The position numbers and the translations under genes were made by a program. Shown in pieces: positions 8,846 through 16,444 of a stretch of 32,000 nucleotides of DNA; positions within the stretch are counted from its first letter, which is position 1; each line of letters starts with the position of its first letter. The notes below the pieces were generated by a model. That model was not told the origin of the DNA, searched no databases, and saw nothing but the letters and a program-made list of their open reading frames with translations. This DNA comes from Clostridium kluyveri (lineage in GTDB: Bacteria > Bacillota > Clostridia > Clostridiales > Clostridiaceae): positions 1,926,702-1,958,701 of the forward strand of contig NZ_CP018335.1 of assembly GCF_001902295.1 (NCBI RefSeq). Direction: 5' to 3'.

Positions 8846-10240
8846 GTGGAAAAAGAATTATTAGAAAATAATCAGCTTAAAAAAGGTTTAAAAAATCGTC
8901 ATATGCAGATGATTGCCATCGGAAGTGCCATTGGAGTTGGTTTATTTTATGGCTCAGCTGATGCCATAAAGATAAGTGGTCCTTCAATTATTTTAGCTTA
9001 TCTAATTGGAGGAGTGTTCATACTTTTTATTATGAGGGCACTTGGTGAGCTTGCAGCAGATGATCCTAATTCAGGGTCTTTTAGTTATTACGCAAATCGT
9101 TATTTAGGTCGTTTTGCGGGATTTTTTACCGGCTGGACTTATTGGTTTGAGGCGATATTATGCATTATGGCAGAAGTTACAGCTCTGGGAATTTATGTTC
9201 AATTTTGGTTTCCGTCATTTCCGAGATGGTTAACTGCTTTAATATTTTTGCTAATGTTAATTTTAATTAATTTACTTGGTGTTAAACTCTATGGAGAATT
9301 TGAATTTTGGTTTTCATTTTTTAAAGTGGCTGCTATTGTATGTATGATTATTTTTGGAGTGTTAATAATATTCTTTGGTTTTGCCAATGGAAAGCATGCT
9401 GTTGGAATTTCTAATCTTTGGGCTCATGGGGGCTTTTTTTCTAATGGAGCCGAAGGGTTTGTATTGTCATTTATTTTTGTAACATTTGCTTTCGGAGGTG
9501 TGGAACTCACTGGTGTAACTGCAGGTGAAGCAGAAGAACCTAAAAAGTCAATACCAAAAGCAATAAATAGTGTATTTTGGCGTATATTGATTTTTTATGT
9601 TGGTTCTATGTTTGTTATGCTGTCACTTTATCCGTGGAATAAAATTGGCTTAAATGGAAGTCCATTTGTGCTTATATTTGCTAAAGTTGGAATTCCATAT
9701 GCTGCATCAATTATTAATCTTGTAGTGATAACAGCTGCACTTTCTGCTGTAAATAGTAACTTGTACGCTATAGGAAGGTTGCTTTATAGTTTATCTTTAA
9801 ATAATAATGCTCCAAAAGCATTTGCAAAAATAGATAAATCAGGGGTACCTAAAATTGCTATTTTGTTTAGTGGTTCATTAACGTTAGTTGCTGTAGTATT
9901 GAACTATCTTATTCCTGCTAAAGTCTTTTTATATCTTTCATCAATATCAACTTTAGCCATTGTGTGTGCTTGGGGAGCTATAGTTTTAACTGAATTAAAG
10001 TCAAGAAAAGAAAAGATCTCCAATAATGAAGAAATAAATTTTAAAATGCCTTTATATCCGTTTTCATCATATATTACTATGGTGTATTTAGCGGCAGTTT
10101 TTGTTTCATTAGCATTTTTACCTAGCACAAGGGTAGCCCTCTACATTGCACCAATTTGGGTATTGATTCTGATAATTTTATATAAAGTCCTTATAAGAAT
10201 GGAAGAAAAACATATCCAAAATAGTGTAGCCAATAAATAA
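8846..10240 (+). CDS. APC-family amino acid permease (GabP/ProY-like)
   Basis: KKGLKNRHMQMIAIGSAIGVGLFYGS, GVELTGVTAGEAEEPKKSIPKAIN. RBS aaggagg. Confidence 0.9.
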   Translation: MEKELLENNQLKKGLKNRHMQMIAIGSAIGVGLFYGSADAIKISGPSIILAYLIGGVFILFIMRALGELAADDPNSGSFSYYANRYLGRFAGFFTGWTYWFEAILCIMAEVTALGIYVQFWFPSFPRWLTALIFLLMLILINLLGVKLYGEFEFWFSFFKVAAIVCMIIFGVLIIFFGFANGKHAVGISNLWAHGGFFSNGAEGFVLSFIFVTFAFGGVELTGVTAGEAEEPKKSIPKAINSVFWRILIFYVGSMFVMLSLYPWNKIGLNGSPFVLIFAKVGIPYAASIINLVVITAALSAVNSNLYAIGRLLYSLSLNNNAPKAFAKIDKSGVPKIAILFSGSLTLVAVVLNYLIPAKVFLYLSSISTLAIVCAWGAIVLTELKSRKEKISNNEEINFKMPLYPFSSYITMVYLAAVFVSLAFLPSTRVALYIAPIWVLILIILYKVLIRMEEKHIQNSVANK

Positions 10241-10273
10241 TGATTAAAATTATTAAGAAAGGACTGATTAAAA

Positions 10274-11116
10274 ATGGACTTTAATCCTATAAGTGAAGAT
10301 CCAGTAAAATTAGATAATAATTACCCTACATTAATAGATGGATTTACATGTGATAGTAATAATTCCAAACTTATGGGTACAATATATGTTGCTCAGGGAA
10401 AAGGGCCTCATCCCACGGTGCTTTTATTACATGGCATTCCCGGGTACGAACAAAATTCTGACATTGCACATGTTTTATTAAGAACGGGGTATAATGTAGT
10501 GATATTTCATTATAGGGGTAATTGGGGTAGTGAAGGGACTTATTCTATAGGACATATATTTGAAGATATAGAGAATGTAATCGAATTTTTGAAATGTAGA
10601 CAAAGTGTAGAGTCTTACAGAGTAGATAGTAAAAACATAATTTTAATTGGACATAGTCTTGGGGGATTTAGTGCACTTATGGCTGCATCAAATCATCCCG
10701 AAATAAAATTAGTAGCAAGTATTGCCGGATTTAATTTTGGATTATATGGAGAAATAATTTCAGCTAACAATAATTTGGTGAAGTCGGCTATTGAAAATTT
10801 TGAATTTATTAAATCACCTGTTATTAAGGGTATTACTCCTACTAAATTTGTAGAAGAAATCATAGAACATAGAAAGAAATGGAACATACTGAATATAATA
10901 AAAAAGTTGAAAGGTCATTCAGTGCTTATGATTGGAGGAATAAGAGATAATATATCACCCATAGAGCAAAATTTTAAATTAATTGTAGAAGCTCTAGAAA
11001 AAGAAAGGGTTGATTTCAAGGAAGTATTATTAGATGGGGATCATTGTTTTTCTGATAAGAGGATAGTTCTTACAAAAGAAATATTAAAATGGCTTCAGGT
11101 ATATATTAGAAAATAG
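10274..11116 (+). CDS. Alpha/beta hydrolase
   Basis: LLLHGIPGYEQN, nucleophile elbow GHSLGG, late GDHCF histidine. Confidence 0.85.
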   Translation: MDFNPISEDPVKLDNNYPTLIDGFTCDSNNSKLMGTIYVAQGKGPHPTVLLLHGIPGYEQNSDIAHVLLRTGYNVVIFHYRGNWGSEGTYSIGHIFEDIENVIEFLKCRQSVESYRVDSKNIILIGHSLGGFSALMAASNHPEIKLVASIAGFNFGLYGEIISANNNLVKSAIENFEFIKSPVIKGITPTKFVEEIIEHRKKWNILNIIKKLKGHSVLMIGGIRDNISPIEQNFKLIVEALEKERVDFKEVLLDGDHCFSDKRIVLTKEILKWLQVYIRK

Positions 11117-11158
11117 TAATGGTGAGCCGTAGTTAATCCCATACTCAAATGGTTAGCC

Positions 11159-11332
11159 ACTGCTAAGTGTTATCGAATAGGCGTCCATCATAATCTTTTA
11201 ATCAAATACAATACAGAAGATGGGGATTTTATCATATTTTCCGGACCAAGTGGTTGTGGTAAAGCAACTTTATTAAATATGATTGGGGTAATTGAAAAAT
11301 TTGATAATGGGGAAATAATGCGCTTGACTTAG
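11159..11332 (+). pseudogene. N-terminal fragment of an ABC transporter ATP-binding protein
   Basis: Frame reads ...NLLIKYNTEDGDFIIFSGPSGCGKATLLNMIGVIEKFDNGEIMRLT*. The Walker A context is recognisable (GPSGCGKA instead of GKS/T), then truncated. Confidence 0.6.
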
Positions 11333-11408
11333 AGTTAACTCCAAGTGGTAAAGTATAAATAGTTATATTTTTTTATAAACCTATAAAAAAGAATAGGAGG
11401 ATTTAAAG

Positions 11409-11888
11409 ATGTCAAAAAGTCTTGTTGCATTTTTTTCATATTCGGGAAATACAGAGGTTATTGCAAATGTCATAAAAGAAAATGTTGGTGGTGAGCTTTT
11501 CCAAATAAAAACAGTTGAATCTTATCCAACTAATTATAATAGAGTTGTGGATAAGGCTAGACAGGAGCAAAGTGTCAATTACAGACCGGAACTAGCAGTA
11601 AAAGTCACTGGTATGGATTCTTATGACATAATTTACATTGGTTATCCTAATTGGTGTAATACAATACCAATGGCGGTATTTACATTCTTTGAGTCATATG
11701 ATTTTTCTGGAAAAACAATCATACCATTCTGCACACATGGTGGAGGTGGCATGGGTAGAAGCACAACAGATATCAAAAAACTTTGTCCAAATTCAAATGT
11801 CTTAGAAGGCTTAGCAGTCAGAGGAAGTAGTGTTAATAAAGCAGGAAAAGATGTATCAGCATGGTTGAGTGAAATTGGTGTTATTTAA
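11409..11888 (+). CDS. Flavodoxin family protein
   Basis: FFSYSGNTEVIANVI FMN-phosphate loop; YDIIYIGYPNWCNTIPMAVFTFFE; FCTHGGGGMG. Confidence 0.9.
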   Translation: MSKSLVAFFSYSGNTEVIANVIKENVGGELFQIKTVESYPTNYNRVVDKARQEQSVNYRPELAVKVTGMDSYDIIYIGYPNWCNTIPMAVFTFFESYDFSGKTIIPFCTHGGGGMGRSTTDIKKLCPNSNVLEGLAVRGSSVNKAGKDVSAWLSEIGVI

Positions 11889-12019
11889 GAACGCTAAGTC
11901 AAACATTTGAAAACTTTTCTATAGGACTTCTTAACCTGGAGTTAATTCTAAATAGTAAGACTTGGATATCAAAATTGAATTTATTAAATCAATATTTTTT
12001 AAAACAGGAGTGATTAAAT

Positions 12020-13150
12020 ATGGAAAAATCAAAAGTTTATTTTACAGATTTTCGTACGAAACTTGGAGAGGGTCTACCTACCAAGCTAAAAAGGCTGATT
12101 AAAGATGCAGGTATCGGACAAATCGATATGGATAATAAGTTCGTTGCAATCAAGATGCACTTTGGTGAACTTGGCAATCTAGGTTATCTTCGTCCAAATT
12201 ATGCTAAAGCTGTAGCCGACATGGTGAAAGAACTGGGGGGTAAACCCTTTCTAACAGACTGCAACACTCTATACCCTGGCAGCCGTAAGAATGCCCTTGA
12301 GCATCTAGAATGTGCGTGGGAAAATGGATTCACCCCCCTTACAGTAGGATGTCCTGTTATTATCGGAGATGGATTAAAGGGGACTGATGACATCGCGGTA
12401 CCTGTAATAGGTGGTGAATATATAAAAGAAGCTAAAATTGGCCATGCAATTATGGATGCTGATGTGTTTATCAGCTTAACTCACTTCAAAGGTCATGAAA
12501 TGGCTGGCTTTGGTGGTACCATTAAGAACATTGGAATGGGCTGTGGTTCCCGTGCTGGAAAAAAAGATCAGCATATTAATGGTAAACCTCATATCATAGA
12601 GGAGCAATGCCGAGGCTGCCAAAGATGCCAGCGTGAATGTGCTAATAATGGTCTGTTTTTTGATGATGTAAAAAAGAAAATGACTATCAACACAGAAAAT
12701 TGTGTTGGCTGCGGTCGTTGCCTAGGTGCATGTAATTTTGATGCAATCGAGTTTGCAAACTGGTCAGCCAGTGAAGAACTGAACTGCCGTATGGCAGAAT
12801 ACGCCAAAGCAGTAGTAGATGGCCGCTCTTGCTTCCATATTTCCCTTGTGGTGGATGTTTCACCTAATTGTGACTGCCACAGCGAAAATGATGCTCCGAT
12901 ACTTCCAAATCTAGGCATGTTAGCTTCATTTGATCCTTTGGCACTGGATCAGGCATGTGTGGATGCCTGTATGGAGGCTGCCCCGCTGATTAATAGCCAG
13001 CTGTCCGATAACATAGCAAAATCCGACTTTGTTGATCATCATGACCACTTCACTAACTCTACACCGGAATCGGAATGGCGTACTTGTCTTGACCATGCAG
13101 AAAAAATAGGAATCGGTACTCGTGAATATGAACTGATTGTTATTAAATAA
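12020..13150 (+). CDS. DUF362 domain-containing 4Fe-4S protein
   Basis: DUF362-type VYFTDFRTK...IAIKMHFGELGN; two ferredoxin motifs CRGCQRCQRECANNG and CVGCGRCLGACNFDAI. RBS acaggag. Confidence 0.88.
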   Translation: MEKSKVYFTDFRTKLGEGLPTKLKRLIKDAGIGQIDMDNKFVAIKMHFGELGNLGYLRPNYAKAVADMVKELGGKPFLTDCNTLYPGSRKNALEHLECAWENGFTPLTVGCPVIIGDGLKGTDDIAVPVIGGEYIKEAKIGHAIMDADVFISLTHFKGHEMAGFGGTIKNIGMGCGSRAGKKDQHINGKPHIIEEQCRGCQRCQRECANNGLFFDDVKKKMTINTENCVGCGRCLGACNFDAIEFANWSASEELNCRMAEYAKAVVDGRSCFHISLVVDVSPNCDCHSENDAPILPNLGMLASFDPLALDQACVDACMEAAPLINSQLSDNIAKSDFVDHHDHFTNSTPESEWRTCLDHAEKIGIGTREYELIVIK

Positions 13151-13222
13151 CATAAGCTGTACACAAAGATTACTGTAATCTTGAAAAACAACAAATACTA
13201 GAAGCTAATGAACGATAATCAG

Positions 13223-13265
13223 CAAAATAGTCCCCAAATGTTTTGAGGGCTATTTTGTTGATATT
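13223..13265 (+). terminator. Intrinsic terminator after the DUF362 gene
   Basis: Stem caaaatagtcc / gggctattttg (13223-13233 with 13247-13257). Confidence 0.6.
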
Positions 13266-13295
13266 GAAACTATAGTTTTAATTCTGTTGATACTT

Positions 13296-13356
13296 TGATA
13301 TAGACAACTCTCTATATCATGTATATAATATACATATAGAGAGTTGTCTATGTGTA
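13296..13356 (+). promoter_or_regulatory. arsR promoter with paired inverted-repeat operators
   Basis: TAGACA (13301-13306), 17-nt spacer, TATAAT (13324-13329). Perfect IR TGATATAG-N8-CTATATCA (13296-13319), near-perfect IR TACATATAG-N8-CTATGTGTA (13331-13356), and a perfect 18-bp overall dyad (13300-13317 vs 13334-13351). Confidence 0.85.
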
Positions 13357-13382
13357 TATACTAATAATATGATTACAGACCA

Positions 13383-13745
13383 ATGGAGGTGGATCAAATG
13401 AAACATAACTATGCTGAATATGTACCAATATTTAAAGCACTTGCAGATGAGACCAGATTAAAAATAGTTGATATGCTTTCCTGTGGTGAGATGTGTGCTT
13501 GTGATATTTTAGAGTTTTTTAATATTACACAGCCAACACTTTCATACCATATGAAGATTTTAACTGATTGTAATATTGTTAACGCCAGAAAAGAAGGTTC
13601 TTGGATGAAATACTCTCTAAACTTACTTAAATTTGAGACATTTGAGAAGTTCGTGAACGACATCAGTAAAAATACTGATGATTGCATATGCAAAAATTAC
13701 TGCAAAAATATTAAAAAATGTTCCGATGATTCTGAGTGCAAATAA
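13383..13745 (+). CDS. arsR: ArsR/SmtB-family repressor with Cys-rich C-terminal tail
   Basis: wHTH ALADETRLKIVDML; metal-site-like SCGEMCACDILE on the DNA-binding side, QPTLSYHMKIL; tail CICKNYCKNIKKCSDDSECK. Preceded by a strong dyad operator. Confidence 0.9.
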   Translation: MEVDQMKHNYAEYVPIFKALADETRLKIVDMLSCGEMCACDILEFFNITQPTLSYHMKILTDCNIVNARKEGSWMKYSLNLLKFETFEKFVNDISKNTDDCICKNYCKNIKKCSDDSECK

Positions 13746-13783
13746 GTCTTATAGGAAATTAGAAATTTGGGAGGTTAGTAAAT

Positions 13784-14992
13784 TTGAATAATAACAATTA
13801 TTTCAATTCTGAAAGAAAGCTTAAGAAGAATTCTAAAGTAAAAATAGTAAGAATAAAGCAAAAACCTGATGATACATCTATTTCTTCTAACTATGAAACA
13901 GTACAGAACTCCTGTTGTTGTGGAAGTGAAAGCAAGGAATCATGTGAACACATTACTAAATATGATATAAAACAGAAATGGATAATTGGAGAAATAAGTA
14001 CCTCACAAGGCTGTGTACCATGCATTTCTACTAAATTGTCACTTACTGATATATGGGGTACATGGAAAGTACGCTTTGGAGTAAACAGAATGAATTATAA
14101 AATCAATTCAGGACTCTATGCAGTAGGAACACCTGATAACACAGCCCCTATTCTGGTAACATCAAACTATAAACTGACCTTTGATACTTTGAGAAAAGAG
14201 CTAGATGGGCTTAATGTATGGATAGTGGTACTAGATACGAAAGGGATAAATGTATGGTGTGCAGCAGGTAAGGGCACATTTGGAACTAAGGAACTTGTGA
14301 ACAGAATTTCAAAAGTAAGGCTTTCTCAAATTGTATCACACAAAACGTTAGTACTTCCTCAGCTTGGGGCACCTGGAATAAGTGCTCACCAAGTTACAAA
14401 ACAGTCTGGCTTTAAGGTGGTATATGGTCCTGTGAGAGCTAAAGATATAAAAAAGTTTTTAGAATCAGGAATGAACGCCACAGAAGAAATGCGTGAAGTA
14501 AAGTTTAATATAATTGACAGGGTGGTTCTGACACCAGTTGAATTTGTGAGTACTTTTAAAATTGCCATGTTAGTTTTTGGAATAATGTTTGTTATAAATT
14601 TATTTGCCGTTAATCCCTTTGGAGTAATTGATTTTTATGCATTTATAGGTGCATTGCTGGTGGGCTGTGTTATAACCCCTATATTACTGCCATGGATTCC
14701 AGTAAGGGCTTTTGCTGCAAAAGGCTGGATTATGGGACTTATTTGGGCAGTTACTGTAAATATACTTAATGGTTGGTCTGCAATACCGGAATATGGTGCA
14801 TTAAAAACCATTGCATATTTATTGATTTTGCCATCTGTAGCCTCATATTATGCTATGAACTTTACCGGATCTTCTACTTATACATCTTTTTCAGGTGTAA
14901 TAAAGGAGATGAAGATAGCAGTTCCTGCAATTGCTGTTTCAATAGGACTTGGAGTAGGATTGCTTTTAGTAAACAGCTTTATTCACATTTAA
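13784..14992 (+). CDS. hgcA: Mercury methylation corrinoid protein HgcA
   Basis: Diagnostic cap-helix motif GINVWCAAGKGTFGT, VLPQLGAPGISAH and about five C-terminal TM helices. TTG start after gggagg. Followed directly by HgcB. Confidence 0.92.
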   Translation: MNNNNYFNSERKLKKNSKVKIVRIKQKPDDTSISSNYETVQNSCCCGSESKESCEHITKYDIKQKWIIGEISTSQGCVPCISTKLSLTDIWGTWKVRFGVNRMNYKINSGLYAVGTPDNTAPILVTSNYKLTFDTLRKELDGLNVWIVVLDTKGINVWCAAGKGTFGTKELVNRISKVRLSQIVSHKTLVLPQLGAPGISAHQVTKQSGFKVVYGPVRAKDIKKFLESGMNATEEMREVKFNIIDRVVLTPVEFVSTFKIAMLVFGIMFVINLFAVNPFGVIDFYAFIGALLVGCVITPILLPWIPVRAFAAKGWIMGLIWAVTVNILNGWSAIPEYGALKTIAYLLILPSVASYYAMNFTGSSTYTSFSGVIKEMKIAVPAIAVSIGLGVGLLLVNSFIHI

Positions 14993-15002
14993 GGAGGTTA
15001 TT

Positions 15003-15302
15003 ATGAAGAATAAGTATTTGAAAAATGTCTGTACACTTAAGGTTGATTCAGATAAGTGTGTTGGTTGCGGAAGATGTATTGAGGTCTGCCCGCATAAAGT
15101 ATTTAATCTAAATAAAAGTAAAATTGAACTTGTTAATAAAGACGCTTGTATGGAATGTGGTGCATGTGCAAAAAACTGTGCCTTTAATGCCATTGAGGTA
15201 AAATCAGGCGTTGGATGTGCCTACGCAGTTATAATGGGATGGCTTTTAGGCACTGAACCTACATGTGATTGTTCAGGTGACAACAGCAGTGGATGCTGTT
15301 AA
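15003..15302 (+). CDS. hgcB: Mercury methylation ferredoxin HgcB
   Basis: CVGCGRCIEVCPHKVF and CMECGACAKNCAFNAIEV 4Fe-4S motifs, conserved GVGCAYAVI, C-terminal vicinal cysteines (SSGCC*). Adjacent to hgcA. Confidence 0.92.
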   Translation: MKNKYLKNVCTLKVDSDKCVGCGRCIEVCPHKVFNLNKSKIELVNKDACMECGACAKNCAFNAIEVKSGVGCAYAVIMGWLLGTEPTCDCSGDNSSGCC

Positions 15303-15312
15303 ATAGAATGGA

Positions 15313-16377
15313 GTGACTTATATGAGTATCGAACCCAAAAACAAATTGTCTTTTTTAGATAAGTTTTTAACACTTTGGATTTTTATTGCAATGGCAATAG
15401 GTATTTTATTAGGTTGGGGAGTTCCAGGTTTATCAGAGGAATTATCTAAATTATCTGTTGGTACTACATCTATACCCATAGCAATTGGACTTATTGTAAT
15501 GATGTATCCCCCACTTGCAAAAGTAAACTATAAGGAGATTGGAAAGGTATTTAGGAATCCAAAAGTTTTAGGATTATCACTTATCCAGAACTGGATTATA
15601 GGACCAATACTAATGTTTATACTTGCAGTAATTTTTTTGAAATCATATCCTGCATTTATGACAGGACTTATATTAATTGGTCTTGCAAGATGTATTGCTA
15701 TGGTTATTGTGTGGAATAGTTTAGCTGACGGCGATACGGAATATGCGGCAGCTCTTGTAGCGTTTAATTCTATATTCCAAATTATATTTTATTCTATATA
15801 CTCTTATATTTTTATTACAGTCTTACCAACTTGGATTGGTCTTACAGGTTACAAGGTAGATATATCAATGGGAGCAGTTGCTTCATCAGTAGCAGTTTAT
15901 CTGGGAATACCATTTGCGTTAGGTATATTAACAAGACTTTTATTAGAACCTAAAATGGGCACTGAATGGTACACAAAAAAGTTTATTCCTAAAATAAGTC
16001 CTTTGGCATTAATTGCTTTATTATTTACTATAATAATTATGTTTACTTATAAGGGGAAATATATAGTGGAGTTACCTATGGATGTGATAAGAATAACTAT
16101 ACCACTTATAGTTTATTTTGCTATTATGTTTACAGTTTCCTTCTTTATTAGCTTTAAAGCTGGTATTGATTATAAAAAAACGACTACTCTTGCATTTACG
16201 GCTGCAAGTAATAACTTTGAACTTGCTATTGCTGTAGCAGTTGCGGTGTTTGGGGTAGAATCTAAAGAGGCATTTACAGCAGTAATAGGACCACTTGTTG
16301 AAGTTCCAATTATGATAGGACTTGTGAATGTAGCTCTTCATTGGGGAAGAAAGTATTTTGGTTTAAAACAAGAATAA
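15313..16377 (+). CDS. acr3: Acr3-family arsenite efflux permease
   Basis: 10-TM ORF with [19 protein letters not shown] and [18 protein letters not shown] signatures of Acr3. ATG 15322 is an alternative start after aatggag. Confidence 0.92.
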   Translation: MTYMSIEPKNKLSFLDKFLTLWIFIAMAIGILLGWGVPGLSEELSKLSVGTTSIPIAIGLIVMMYPPLAKVNYKEIGKVFRNPKVLGLSLIQNWIIGPILMFILAVIFLKSYPAFMTGLILIGLARCIAMVIVWNSLADGDTEYAAALVAFNSIFQIIFYSIYSYIFITVLPTWIGLTGYKVDISMGAVASSVAVYLGIPFALGILTRLLLEPKMGTEWYTKKFIPKISPLALIALLFTIIIMFTYKGKYIVELPMDVIRITIPLIVYFAIMFTVSFFISFKAGIDYKKTTTLAFTAASNNFELAIAVAVAVFGVESKEAFTAVIGPLVEVPIMIGLVNVALHWGRKYFGLKQE

Positions 16378-16444
16378 TTATATTTATTATGTGTTGTGAA
16401 TTTAATTAAGAAATGATAATAAAGTACATGAGAGGAGAAAATTT

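Noticed and set aside
11120-11200. Possible IS or transposase remnant around the repeated gccactgctaagtg-type text
   Set aside because: No terminal inverted repeats, target duplication or transposase motifs seen; only an ABC ATPase fragment is supportable.
14386-14568. Alternative ORFs overlapping hgcA and hgcB (14386-14568 -, 14773-15006 +, 14966-15193 -)
   Set aside because: hgcA and hgcB have diagnostic motifs over the same bases, and the alternatives are low-complexity shadow translations.
13784-14992. HgcA could be an ordinary CdhD/AcsC-type corrinoid protein
   Set aside because: The NVWCAAGK cap helix, C-terminal membrane domain and adjacent HgcB with GVGCA and terminal CC are diagnostic of HgcA.
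16072-16341. 89-aa minus-strand ORF inside acr3
   Set aside because: A basic/serine-rich shadow translation of a TM-rich gene, with no family features.
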